From Sedimentisphaeraceae bacterium JB056 (lineage in GTDB: Bacteria; Planctomycetota; Phycisphaerae; Sedimentisphaerales; Sedimentisphaeraceae), in contig JBITAJ010000021.1 of assembly GCA_044440125.1 (NCBI GenBank), forward strand, positions 64,001 through 128,000: a stretch of 64,000 nucleotides of DNA. The letters run 5' to 3'. Position numbers and translations under genes: made by a program. Below the pieces are notes generated by a model. The model searched no databases and was not told the DNA's origin. It was given only the letters and a program-made list of their open reading frames with translations. Positions 40,460 to 49,797 of this stretch are shown here, in pieces. Positions within the stretch are counted from its first letter, which is position 1; each line of letters opens with the position of its first letter.

Positions 40460-41794
40460 TTAATCGGCATTAGCATTGTAGCATCCGGAGACAAGAGGAT
40501 CTGTACATTTGCCCCAGCCTTTGCTCAACAAATATAGATCATAAATATCAACAAACTTACTACCATCTATATCAGCTCTAAGTTCAGGCTCTACACCAAA
40601 CAACAATACAGGATAACCTATCCATGGAGTTCGATTTATCTTTCTGTCGTTGTTAGATATCAACAAATTCAACGGCGAACTTTGCGGGTAATGACTTAAT
40701 GCAATCTCATATATTCCTGAATAATAAGTTTCAGACAATCCCTCAAGCCGTGCCGTCTCACCTTCCGAACAATAAAAACCGCTCTTTATACACGAATCTT
40801 TAAGCCTGAGATAATCTGAATGATACTCGAAAGCTATCTGCATATTTTCACCCGTCGGAGCATAATAATTCCACAAATCAATCCCATTTGTATATGCTGC
40901 CTGAGCGATCATTGTCATAAATGACATGCTGAATACGGCGTAACTTAAGCCCTTATCCTCTACATGCCTGTAACGATCATAAAATTCTCCATCTTCCGGT
41001 GCAGGTAACTGTGCTCCGTGAGGAGTATCGCCTTCCATAAGAATTGCGCCGGCTATCATTTCAAGAAAATCTCTCGGATTATCCTGACTGTCTATAGAGT
41101 AAGCAACCAGATCATAATCCCCAAGCACAAAGCCAGCAACAGCCGTCACAGCAATATGTGCCATACTATGATTTTGATATAACTGATTATTGTAATAATT
41201 ATTCTCTTCCCAAAGTTCAACACCGGAAACTTTAGCAACATTTGCCATATTGACAAACCAGTTCTCCGCATACATTCTGTCAAGAAAGTCATATCCACTG
41301 TAATCATACAGTAAATCGTAAACCCACATGAATTGCGGCAGTGATACTGCTATCGCCAATGCATGTGAAGGCTCATCAATATTCGGATCAAAATTAGTTC
41401 CCGGCATTGGATAAGTCTGGCTCCAGATATTGAGAAACTGAAGAGCTTTATCCGCATAAGCTGTATTACCGGTAAATTTATAAGCAAGTGCCAAATCTCT
41501 TGCCATTCTGCTTTGCTCAGAGCATATATCACCCCAGATATTTCTATCAGAACTGGTGCTTGGATCAGGGGTTTGATTCATGGCAGAATTGGCATAAATA
41601 AGCAAAGTCTGATACTGACTTGCATATGGTTCTTCCCCGGAATCTATGCGAAGCTTAACCCTGTCTATACCAGCCTGATCTATAAAAAGTCTTGGATGCG
41701 GATCGAAGCTGTCCTGCGTGAAATCATCAAGAACTCCTGCAAATACAAAAGTGCCTGAAAGAAGCAGTAAAATTAATGCCGTTTTTTTATACAT
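40460..41794 (-). CDS. Alginate lyase family-like polysaccharide lyase with C-terminal dockerin-like tag
   Basis: HPRLF, ARDLALAY, YQNH, NPRDFLEM, GEFYDRYR; ADIDGSKFVDIYDLYLLSKGWGKCTDP. Confidence 0.68.
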   Translation of the reverse strand: MYKKTALILLLLSGTFVFAGVLDDFTQDSFDPHPRLFIDQAGIDRVKLRIDSGEEPYASQYQTLLIYANSAMNQTPDPSTSSDRNIWGDICSEQSRMARDLALAYKFTGNTAYADKALQFLNIWSQTYPMPGTNFDPNIDEPSHALAIAVSLPQFMWVYDLLYDYSGYDFLDRMYAENWFVNMANVAKVSGVELWEENNYYNNQLYQNHSMAHIAVTAVAGFVLGDYDLVAYSIDSQDNPRDFLEMIAGAILMEGDTPHGAQLPAPEDGEFYDRYRHVEDKGLSYAVFSMSFMTMIAQAAYTNGIDLWNYYAPTGENMQIAFEYHSDYLRLKDSCIKSGFYCSEGETARLEGLSETYYSGIYEIALSHYPQSSPLNLLISNNDRKINRTPWIGYPVLLFGVEPELRADIDGSKFVDIYDLYLLSKGWGKCTDPLVSGCYNANAD

Positions 41795-41810
41795 TTATTA
41801 ATATCCTAAA

Positions 41811-41838
41811 GAGTCTGCGCCATTTCTGACGCAGACTC
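41811..41838 (-). terminator. Stem-loop after the CBM9-like gene
   Basis: GAGTCTGCG-ccatttctga-CGCAGACTC; short T tail on the minus strand. Confidence 0.65.
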
Positions 41839-41854
41839 GTATACGCTATTACAA

Positions 41855-42727
41855 TTACTGCGAACATTCAGGATCCGATGGGTCTGTGCAATGCATCCAG
41901 TTTGAGGCGATTACAGCAAAGTCAGCCATATCAACAATACAATCAGAATTGACATCGCTCACATCCATAGGATTAAGTCCGCAACCATCAGTTGCAACAA
42001 GCAGCATGTCATTCCATGTACCTGCAGTGGTCATTGCCCATGCACCATTATCGCTTGAATCGCACATAAATGTCTCATAACCGCCGTTTTCCCAGTCAAG
42101 CAATACCCAGCTAAGCTTTATAACATCACCTGGCTTAGGCGCCTGTGAGTTAAGTGCCGTACAATATGACCAGTCATAAGAAAATTCCATAACAAATCCA
42201 TCAGCTAAAATGGTTGCGGCATAATCTACCGCCAGATCAGGACTGAATCCGTTATTACGGCTGTTTACTGTAGTAGCCGAAGGATCAAGCTCAAAGAGAG
42301 TTGCCTTGTCTCCGGCACTGCTGTAGTGGCTCTCAAATACTCCGGGGTTGAACAGGAACTGAACCTGATCCTGGAGACTTCCGTAATCACCGGTAGCCTG
42401 AACATCCTGATCATAAACCCTCACAGCAAAATACAAAGCCGTATCATTCCAAGTCAGGTATACATCGCCGCTAAGATCAGCCGCATTATCAGGAGCCATA
42501 AAAGACGCCGGATAATCCGGAGGTAAAGGCATTGAACCATTCTGAGGACTTGTCAGTATATCAGGATAAACCATCGAGAAATTCACTGCCGCATCCCATT
42601 CGCCAGCAGTTATAACACCATCAATGGCAGGAGAGCTTGGGTTATAATATCCCGTATAAGTCAAAGCCGGACTCAAAGAAACTAACGTACAGATCAATAT
42701 CATTATTGTTATAAATGAATATTTCAT
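41855..42727 (-). CDS. Secreted CBM9/DOMON-like sugar-binding protein with C-terminal dockerin-like tag
   Basis: Start at MKYSFIT (ATG 42727, AAGGA RBS); PAIDG...GEW, TWNDTALYFAVRVYD; SDVNSDCIVDMADFAVIASNWMHCTDP; paralogue of 28114..28971. Confidence 0.75.
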   Translation of the reverse strand: MKYSFITIMILICTLVSLSPALTYTGYYNPSSPAIDGVITAGEWDAAVNFSMVYPDILTSPQNGSMPLPPDYPASFMAPDNAADLSGDVYLTWNDTALYFAVRVYDQDVQATGDYGSLQDQVQFLFNPGVFESHYSSAGDKATLFELDPSATTVNSRNNGFSPDLAVDYAATILADGFVMEFSYDWSYCTALNSQAPKPGDVIKLSWVLLDWENGGYETFMCDSSDNGAWAMTTAGTWNDMLLVATDGCGLNPMDVSDVNSDCIVDMADFAVIASNWMHCTDPSDPECSQ

Positions 42728-42771
42728 TTTATATTTCCTTTCGCTTATGGTTAATAAGTTAGTAGATTCTG

Positions 42772-44307
42772 TTACAATGTGCTTGAAAGCCATTGACTTG
42801 CCATAAGTTCGAGATCCCAGATGTTCACGTAACAATCGGGAGTTCCTTCCGGACCTGATATATCGCCAGGATCATAACCCCAGTCACCACAGGCGGCAGC
42901 GGCCGGAGCAGTAACCATAAACTCATCGATCATACCGTCGAAGAAATAACCGCCGTTATGATATTTACCCAAGAATATATGCGTCAAAGCTAATTCATTT
43001 ATTCTCTTACCGCGATCAAGAGCTACTTTGTGATCATTAACCTGCATTGTCATCATGTTTTGCAAATAGTCAGCCTTAACTCTGAACCACTGACCAACAG
43101 GAACATCCATTGCTACAGCATCATGCGCACCATCTATATCCCAGCATCGGAATTCAAGACTTGGTTTAGCAACTCCATCGCTTCCTGCGACCCATATTAT
43201 TTTGAACCATGCAAGGTTTTGTATTTCAAACACGTAACCTGACTGCTGGCCTTCCTGATAAGGATCGATATAAAGAAGCGTATCAACCGTTATATTATCA
43301 TAGCCATCCCAGAGCTGACCGTCCATGCCATAGCCCCAGTTCGTAGCGCCATCAAACACGAGAGCCGAATCAAAGCTGGCAGGCAGATCATTGGGCTCAG
43401 TATGCTCATAAAGCACAGGGTCGCCGACTATCCTGAAACGATGTTTTGGCCTTCCCGTACTGTTATCATCAGATGTAAGAATATAACTGCCGCTAAGGAA
43501 CGTATCATTCATATGCCACAAGCAGAGAGCATCAGGCTGGTCAGCTAAAACTTGAGGCACAAGCATATCTTCGCTCTGTGCAGAAGGAGCACTGAAGCGA
43601 ACCTCATCAAGCATGCCTTTGAAATGGTTCGCATTACCATGATAGTGACCAATCAGTATTGCCTTTGCCGCATCATTTTGATTTATAGCATCAGGTCCGG
43701 CAATAGACTCATATCTGTCATTATAGGAAACGCTCATAGTTCCATTATTGTATTCAGCAACAACTCTTATCCATTGACCGGCGGGAACATCAAGAACATC
43801 CTGAGTTGTAAGAGCCCCGGTATCGTCCCATACATTGAATTCCAATTTTGCAGTACCGGCATCCTTATCACAAATAACTCGCAACCACGCAACACCTTGA
43901 ATCTCAAATATCATTCCAAGAGGATCTGTATCAGACCACGTGGAAACAGGGTCGATATAGACAAGACCATCAAACTGGAATGTGGAATGACCTACCCATG
44001 CTGCGCCGCGATAATTGTATCCCCAATCGGTTGAGCCGTTAAGAACAAGAGCTTCACCAATAGCTCCGCCGCTGCCTGTGGTAAGATTACCCGTAACCAC
44101 TCTTAATTCATGAGCTGCTCTTCCAGTACTATTATCATCTGGTGCAAGTATATAACTTCCACTAGGTACAAGATTCTCAAAATGCCACAAAGCGACAGTA
44201 TCACTCGAATCTATAAGTGGTTCGGGATACAAAGCCATACTCACGTTTACAGTCGCAAGCATTAAAGAAATCACAAGGAAAAATCTTAATGAATTTTTCA
44301 CAACCAT
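42772..44307 (-). CDS. Secreted 2x LamG-like domain protein with C-terminal dockerin-like tag
   Basis: ALWHFE and CLWHMN repeats, FKGMLDEVRFS, FDGMIDEF; CGDWGYDPGDISGPEGTPDCYVNIWDL..MASQWL. Confidence 0.78.
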   Translation of the reverse strand: MVVKNSLRFFLVISLMLATVNVSMALYPEPLIDSSDTVALWHFENLVPSGSYILAPDDNSTGRAAHELRVVTGNLTTGSGGAIGEALVLNGSTDWGYNYRGAAWVGHSTFQFDGLVYIDPVSTWSDTDPLGMIFEIQGVAWLRVICDKDAGTAKLEFNVWDDTGALTTQDVLDVPAGQWIRVVAEYNNGTMSVSYNDRYESIAGPDAINQNDAAKAILIGHYHGNANHFKGMLDEVRFSAPSAQSEDMLVPQVLADQPDALCLWHMNDTFLSGSYILTSDDNSTGRPKHRFRIVGDPVLYEHTEPNDLPASFDSALVFDGATNWGYGMDGQLWDGYDNITVDTLLYIDPYQEGQQSGYVFEIQNLAWFKIIWVAGSDGVAKPSLEFRCWDIDGAHDAVAMDVPVGQWFRVKADYLQNMMTMQVNDHKVALDRGKRINELALTHIFLGKYHNGGYFFDGMIDEFMVTAPAAAACGDWGYDPGDISGPEGTPDCYVNIWDLELMASQWLSSTL

Positions 44308-44355
44308 TGTAAAACTCCTTTTGAATTAAAGAATTAATAAAATTGCTTTTCACTA

Positions 44356-45213
44356 TTACCTTCTGACGCTTGGAGGTAATGTTTTTATATTTCTCTTTGG
44401 ATGGAAATCAGTTCCTATATTATCACTCCAGGGCCAAACCTCTTTACTTTCAGCATGCCCATCGGCAAAAAGATAATTACTCTTTTTACCATGATTCGGC
44501 GCCGGACCGTTAGCCCTGTAGGCACTAATATCAGAAGGGCCTTTACCCCAGCCGGCCTTATCATATGCACTGAAATGAGGTCCGCCAAAATCAAGCATCA
44601 AACCGCCAAAAGAAGAACTCCTGATAGCTGAAGGTACCCATTCGGCGGTATCCCCACTTAACTCGGCGAGAAAAGGCAGCCCTTGAGGTCGCATTATCTG
44701 GTCGAATTTACGCCAGTTCATTTTACGATAAGTATCAGGGTTTTCATTTTCACCTATGCCGCGAAAGAAAGGATTCATTCCAAAAGTACCTCGCCATCCG
44801 GATATTTCGGTACCTACTTCATATTTCTTCCGATATTTTTCCTGAGAAGGACATCTCAATATCGGCAACGTATGAATGATAGAAGCATACTCTTCGGCTG
44901 TCTGACTGGTCTTTTTCTTGTCCGTATCATAATAAGGGCCAAGACGACAAGGCCACCTGGAATAAGAATCATTCAACTGTTCACCTTCAAGCTTTACTGT
45001 AGGTACAACTTGATTGTCGTAGTCTGTTGCGTAAAGCATAAACATCTGACCGAGGTCCCGCTGTCTTGTTTTACAAACCACACTTTGCGCCTGCTCCCTA
45101 GCTTTACTTAAGGCAGGCATCATTATTGACATCAATATGGCAATAATAGATATTACAACTAACAATTCGATCAGCGTAAACGCTTCTGACTTTTTTACTG
45201 TAAATTTCTTCAT
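44356..45213 (-). CDS. Prepilin-type N-terminal cleavage/methylation protein with H-X9-DG motif
   Basis: Start MKKFTVKK (45213); [44 protein letters not shown]. Confidence 0.9.
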   Translation of the reverse strand: MKKFTVKKSEAFTLIELLVVISIIAILMSIMMPALSKAREQAQSVVCKTRQRDLGQMFMLYATDYDNQVVPTVKLEGEQLNDSYSRWPCRLGPYYDTDKKKTSQTAEEYASIIHTLPILRCPSQEKYRKKYEVGTEISGWRGTFGMNPFFRGIGENENPDTYRKMNWRKFDQIMRPQGLPFLAELSGDTAEWVPSAIRSSSFGGLMLDFGGPHFSAYDKAGWGKGPSDISAYRANGPAPNHGKKSNYLFADGHAESKEVWPWSDNIGTDFHPKRNIKTLPPSVRR

Positions 45214-45235
45214 AAACAATACCTTTCCTGTTGTA

Positions 45236-46282
45236 TTAACACTCAACTGATGCCGTCGAGTTTCTAACTATCAATCTTGGTTTTGCAAAATTTCTTGCAG
45301 GAGTTCCTGCCTCAATCTCACCGGAAACCCTCTGAAGTAAATATCTCAATGCTCTCATTCTCGCTCCACCCTGATCAAGATTAACACTTGTAACCGGAAC
45401 CTCACAATACCTGCCAACTGATTCACTCATTGTAGATATAAGTGAAATATCACCGGGAACACTCCAACCGTTGGAAATAAATGCCTGTTCAATTGGAAGA
45501 GCAAAGGAATCGACCATAATAATCATAGCTGTGGGTCTATTGGATGAATCTTTCTTGAAACGGCTCATAAATTCCAATGCAGCGTCATAATTAGCATTTT
45601 TCACATCAGATCCGGACTCAACCCGCACTACATCCTCAAAGCTGATAAGCCAATCCTCAGAAAACTCAAGCCCTCTTTCGCGATAGCATTCTTTCCATGC
45701 ATTAAGACGTAAATAAGACGCTGAATAACTTGCCCTTGGAAGGACAATTGAAATCCTGCGATGCCCAAGTTCGTATAGATGATCGAACGCCAACTTAGTC
45801 GCACCTTCAATGTCAGTACCAAACATATCTAACTCAGGGTACAATCTTTTATCATCTTCCAAGAGTACTATAGGATAATTATCCTTGTGAAAATCTTTCA
45901 AAACCTTACTGTCAAGTTGAGGTGTCATAAGAAGCACACCGTCAACATAACTCTGCCGTGCATATATAATCATATCTTCGATGCGTTTTTTGCTGTGGTG
46001 CGATGATATTGTAAGCATCGTGTAGCCATTGTTGTAGCACTCCTGCTCCGCTGCACTGAAGTCAAGACCCGGTCCAGGAAGAATGAGCATTATATTGTTT
46101 GATCTGCCGGTAACAAGTGAGCGAGCAAGCGGGTTAGGTCGATAGTTAAGCTTATCAGCCGCCTCCAGTATTTTCTTCCTTGCATCCTCCGTGCAACGCA
46201 CGGCTTTGCCGTTCAACACTTTAGAAACCGTCGTAATACCAACGCCGCTTTCAACACTTATATCTTTAAGAGTAGCTGCCAT
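45236..46282 (-). CDS. LacI family transcriptional regulator
   Basis: ATLKDISVESGVGITTVSKVLN, LNYRPNPLARSL, LGHRRI, VPGDIS, LIVRNST. Confidence 0.92.
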   Translation of the reverse strand: MAATLKDISVESGVGITTVSKVLNGKAVRCTEDARKKILEAADKLNYRPNPLARSLVTGRSNNIMLILPGPGLDFSAAEQECYNNGYTMLTISSHHSKKRIEDMIIYARQSYVDGVLLMTPQLDSKVLKDFHKDNYPIVLLEDDKRLYPELDMFGTDIEGATKLAFDHLYELGHRRISIVLPRASYSASYLRLNAWKECYRERGLEFSEDWLISFEDVVRVESGSDVKNANYDAALEFMSRFKKDSSNRPTAMIIMVDSFALPIEQAFISNGWSVPGDISLISTMSESVGRYCEVPVTSVNLDQGGARMRALRYLLQRVSGEIEAGTPARNFAKPRLIVRNSTASVEC

Positions 46283-46328
46283 AGAAAAATCCTTAGATAC
46301 CACATTTAGGAATGATTGACTTTTTAGA

Positions 46329-46357
46329 ATTATAACACATAACTAAAGCCTGGTCAA
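46329..46357 (-). promoter_or_regulatory. sigma70-like promoter of the LacI-pilin cassette
   Basis: TTGACC (46352-46357), 17-bp spacer, TATAAT (46329-46334), with extended -10 TG. Confidence 0.7.
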
Positions 46358-46390
46358 ACGTTTTTTCACATAAGGTCAAACATTTTTTCA
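46352..46390. promoter_or_regulatory. Tandem LacI-type operator pair
   Basis: GGTCAAACGTTTTTTCA (46352) and GGTCAAACATTTTTTCA (46374), 22-bp period; same motif pair at 49036/49058. Confidence 0.65.
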
Positions 46391-47854
46391 TAAACACTCG
46401 ACATCATAGCAATAAAGTTTTTTAAGCTTAGACAACTCTCCCTGTAAAGACTTCAATATCAGAGATTTATCACTATCAGAGACAAGATTATTCATCTCCA
46501 ACGGATCTAATTCAAGGTCGTATAATTCAAAAATATCACCATCAACACACGGCGTTTCAATGTATTTATATCGTCCCGTTCTTACGCCTGTTATGGTAGG
46601 TATACCGGGAGCATAGTCCTCCTGAAAATACTCATAAAAGAAGCTGTCCCGCCACGCAGCATCTCTGCCGCTTAAAAATGGAACGAACGACTGCCCCTGA
46701 ACCGTAGAAGGAATTTTCACTCCTGCTATTTCAAGTGCGGTAGGCATAAAATCAAGATTCAAAATCATTTCATCAACAATCTTACTGGCCTTGCCAATAC
46801 GTGGATAACGAACCAAAAGAGGTACACGTATCGACTCTTCCCACATAACCCTTTTGTCGATAACACTGTGATGTTCACCAAGCAAATAGCCATTGTCGCT
46901 GGTAAACATCATAAAAGTATCATCGAAAAGCCCTTCTTGCTTCAAAGTATTATCTATCCTGCCAATACTTTTATCAACAGCAGAAATAGCACGCAAATAA
47001 TCCAATTTCCTTTTGTTCTTCGGATCCCAATTATCAGGCACGACTTTATCAGGAACTAACTCACCCTCACTTGCCGCCCATTTGTCCTTGTGAAGCCCAT
47101 AGACTGCTCCCCTGCGAACCCACTGGGGCTTATCGCTGTAATTATCTTTATAATTTCCCGGCTCAGGCAGTCGCTCATCGGCGTACAATTCCTTATCGCA
47201 ATCTGCAGGCGTAAAAGGAGAATGAACGGCTTTATGCCAAAGGAAAAGACAGAAAGGCTTATCACGATCTTTTTTTATAAACTGAATTGCATAGTCCGTA
47301 AGAATATCGGTTATGTATCCGTTCACCTGAATTTCACGACCGTTTTCATTAAGTATCGGATCATCATAAACACCTTGTCCCTCAAAACTTAGCCAATAAT
47401 CAAAACCTCGTCTGGGCTGCGCACTTTTCGCCATATGCCATTTACCTATCATAGCAGTTTCGTAGCCGCTTTCCTGCAGCACCTCCTGAAGCATAGGCAT
47501 TGACTCTTTAGGATCACAGGTTTCATTGATCATGACACCATTCTTATGAGCATATGCACCGGTCAAAAAACATGCTCTTGAAGGAGAACATAAAGCTGTA
47601 GTGACAAAGCAATTCTTAAAATCGATACCATCTTCACGAAGCCTGTCTATGCAGGGCGTTTCGAGAAAGGGGTAAGCCCCTGAAAACCCAACCGCATCAT
47701 ACTTCTGATCATCGGTCATGATGAATATAAAATTCGGACGCTGACCTGCTTCTGAATCGTTGACAGCTTGAGTTGTGCATCCATCCAAATACATCGATCC
47801 AAGGAATGCACCTGTCACTAAACCAGCTTTTGACAAAAAATCTCTTCTGTTCAT
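46388..47854 (-). CDS. Tat-exported sulfatase (N-acetylglucosamine-6-sulfatase-like)
   Basis: NRRDFL; MTDDQ, CSPSRACFLTG, GKWHM, GYITDILTD, HKAVH, SDNGYLLGEH, DKR. Confidence 0.88.
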   Translation of the reverse strand: MNRRDFLSKAGLVTGAFLGSMYLDGCTTQAVNDSEAGQRPNFIFIMTDDQKYDAVGFSGAYPFLETPCIDRLREDGIDFKNCFVTTALCSPSRACFLTGAYAHKNGVMINETCDPKESMPMLQEVLQESGYETAMIGKWHMAKSAQPRRGFDYWLSFEGQGVYDDPILNENGREIQVNGYITDILTDYAIQFIKKDRDKPFCLFLWHKAVHSPFTPADCDKELYADERLPEPGNYKDNYSDKPQWVRRGAVYGLHKDKWAASEGELVPDKVVPDNWDPKNKRKLDYLRAISAVDKSIGRIDNTLKQEGLFDDTFMMFTSDNGYLLGEHHSVIDKRVMWEESIRVPLLVRYPRIGKASKIVDEMILNLDFMPTALEIAGVKIPSTVQGQSFVPFLSGRDAAWRDSFFYEYFQEDYAPGIPTITGVRTGRYKYIETPCVDGDIFELYDLELDPLEMNNLVSDSDKSLILKSLQGELSKLKKLYCYDVECL

Positions 47855-47886
47855 ATACTCAAAATTTCTCTAAAATTAGAAACAGC

Positions 47887-49014
47887 TTAATTACAGGTTG
47901 AACCCCATTGAACAGTTGTATCACCGGTATTACCGTAAACAGATATTGTGCCATTCTTGTATGGGTTTATATATATAGGATAATTCGGGCTGTAACTCGA
48001 ACCCCACTTCACATAATTATTACTTATAGTGCTGTCAGAACTGCATTCAGTATCTGGACTTCTCCAATCACCAAGATACACGGCACAATGCTCTCCACCA
48101 TAAATTTCGTTATAGTCGATATGAAAACCTTTACCGCTTACATGTACTCCATGATTACCATAGTAGCGGATAAGATTGTAGCGAATGTAGCAACGCTTAT
48201 CCACACCGGAAGTCGCACCTGTATTGTGATAACCTATTATGCTGTCCTCGCTGTAGCTCTCGCCGTATTCAGAGCTGCATAAACCGCTGTACTGCATATA
48301 ATTATGCCCGATCTCAGCACCTACGGTCTCTGCGATAGCAACAGTGGAGCCCATGGTATAAGCAATATCGCAATAGATTATTTCCGGGTCAGTTGAGTTG
48401 CACACGCTTATGCCGCGGGCAACTGAATCATAAGAATTGATATTCAAAGCAGGGTATCCCGCATAACGGAGCAGACAATGATCAACAAGCAGCTCTGTTG
48501 TGCCGTCGCCATTGATAAGGTGCTGATATTTCATACCTGACGTGGAATAGGTGTTTAATGTATTTATTACCGTACAATCCATTATAACATTCCCTGTAGC
48601 GTATCTGGTATCAATACCATTTCTTGCTTTTTTATTGGCATCAATTTTCAGAGTACTGTAATCATCGTCTCTACCGTAAATCTGAGCACCGTTCTGCAAA
48701 ATAATGAGCGGACTGTCATATACAGGACTGCTTGAATTACCTCCCGCTTTTATCACGGCACTAGCTCCTGATGTAACCGTCAAAATTGAATTACTCGGCA
48801 CAGTCAATGTCTTCGAAGTATAATAATTCGCACTGCTCGAAAGCCTGTATGTATCATTAATACTATACGTACTGAAATACCAGGCAATAGAACCTTGCAC
48901 AGTAGCATCTCCATGGTCGCTAATACTGTTATGCGGAATATCGTAAACAGCGGCAAACATCGAACATGCGGCGATCAAAACCATCAAAACAACCATTCTC
49001 TTTAACATAATCAT
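47887..49014 (-). CDS. Secreted right-handed parallel beta-helix protein (pectin-lyase-like fold)
   Basis: Signal peptide; repeats such as IGHNY, IRYNLI, GVHV, IDYNEI, ISNNYV. Confidence 0.6.
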   Translation of the reverse strand: MIMLKRMVVLMVLIAACSMFAAVYDIPHNSISDHGDATVQGSIAWYFSTYSINDTYRLSSSANYYTSKTLTVPSNSILTVTSGASAVIKAGGNSSSPVYDSPLIILQNGAQIYGRDDDYSTLKIDANKKARNGIDTRYATGNVIMDCTVINTLNTYSTSGMKYQHLINGDGTTELLVDHCLLRYAGYPALNINSYDSVARGISVCNSTDPEIIYCDIAYTMGSTVAIAETVGAEIGHNYMQYSGLCSSEYGESYSEDSIIGYHNTGATSGVDKRCYIRYNLIRYYGNHGVHVSGKGFHIDYNEIYGGEHCAVYLGDWRSPDTECSSDSTISNNYVKWGSSYSPNYPIYINPYKNGTISVYGNTGDTTVQWGSTCN

Positions 49015-49035
49015 TACTCCTTAAAAAAATAATTT

Positions 49036-49074
49036 AGTCAAACGATTTTTCAATTTTGAACAAACGTTTTTTCA
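49036..49074. promoter_or_regulatory. Tandem LacI-type operator pair
   Basis: AGTCAAACGATTTTTCA (49036) and GAACAAACGTTTTTTCA (49058), 22-bp period. Confidence 0.6.
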
Positions 49075-49083
49075 ATATCAAAC

Positions 49084-49112
49084 AAATTAACATAATGAAA
49101 CTTTCTTGTCAA
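49084..49112 (-). promoter_or_regulatory. sigma70-like promoter upstream of the beta-helix/sulfatase genes
   Basis: TTGACA (49107-49112), 17-bp spacer, TAATTT (49084-49089), with extended TG. Confidence 0.55.
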
Positions 49113-49477
49113 TTGTTTTTTTCATAAATCTTATCCCTGATCAAGTCAAACATCAGACAAGCTAAACCTTAAATAATTATTCTAAACTGACTTATAAAAA
49201 CGTAAAAAACAGAAGAAATAGTGTTTTCTGAACCTTTTTTATCACTTTTTCAAAAATTTTTTGCATGATTTTCTTAAGTGTAAACTGCAAAACGGAAAAT
49301 CTATTGATGATAATGTTCCCCTGCTTCTCTCAAGTAATACCAGCAAGAATATGACAACAATATCTCATTATTTGTCCGTGAGAAAATCTGACAAAGAACT
49401 GGCATGTCAAGTTCCTACAAAGTTTTGGCAAATTGACGAACTTTTGACCAACTATGGGGTAAAATGGGTGTTTTGAG

Positions 49478-49520
49478 CAGAAAAGAAAAAGCCTCGTAAG
49501 CTATTAACCTACAAGGCTTT
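49478..49520 (-). terminator. Rho-independent terminator
   Basis: Minus strand AAAGCCTTGTAGG-ttaatag-CTTACGAGGCTTT (fully paired with two G-U), then TTCTTTTCT. Confidence 0.65.
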
Positions 49521-49544
49521 AACAGAGCGAGGCAGAAGGGACTA

Positions 49545-49797
49545 ATACCGGCTCGACTCTAAAGGCGTGGGCTCCATCTTTTTCAAAGCTCAAGCCTCAT
49601 TGCCTTTGCCACTTTTGCCACCACTAAAGTGGCGTTAGTACTAACCATAAAACTCGAAACACATAGCTTGGGAAGTATACAGACAAGAATGTGGACATGA
49701 CGCTGCATAAGAGTCGAACTCACCATATATACTAAAATGTAAAGACAGTTTTGGTATAACCTGTGGTGTCCACCTGCATGGCGGGTAGTTGATTCTT
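49545..49797 (-). mobile_element. tnpA: Decayed, internally deleted IS200/IS605-family element
   Basis: 49708->49646 translates MQRHVHILVCILPKLCVSSFM, resembling the Y1 TnpA HUH segment (DHVHILVSIPPKxSVSxFM); flanked by TCAACTACCCGCC and GCCACTTTAGTGGTGGC / GCCCACGCCTTTAG hairpin-like motifs; boundaries approximate. Confidence 0.65.

Noticed and set aside
42728..42835. N-terminal extension of the ORF-track call 41855..42835 (similarly the extended starts at 32695, 36290, 45246, 61030)
   Set aside because: The extensions overlap neighbouring genes or promoters; downstream ATGs have RBSs and/or give proper signal peptides
49261..49476. 71-aa plus-strand ORF in the intergenic region
   Set aside because: TTG start, no RBS or recognisable motif; likely spurious
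49695..49725. T-arm-like GTGAG-TTCGACT-CTTAT on the minus strand suggesting a tRNA
   Set aside because: No D arm, anticodon arm or acceptor pairing; it overlaps the IS200/IS605 relic
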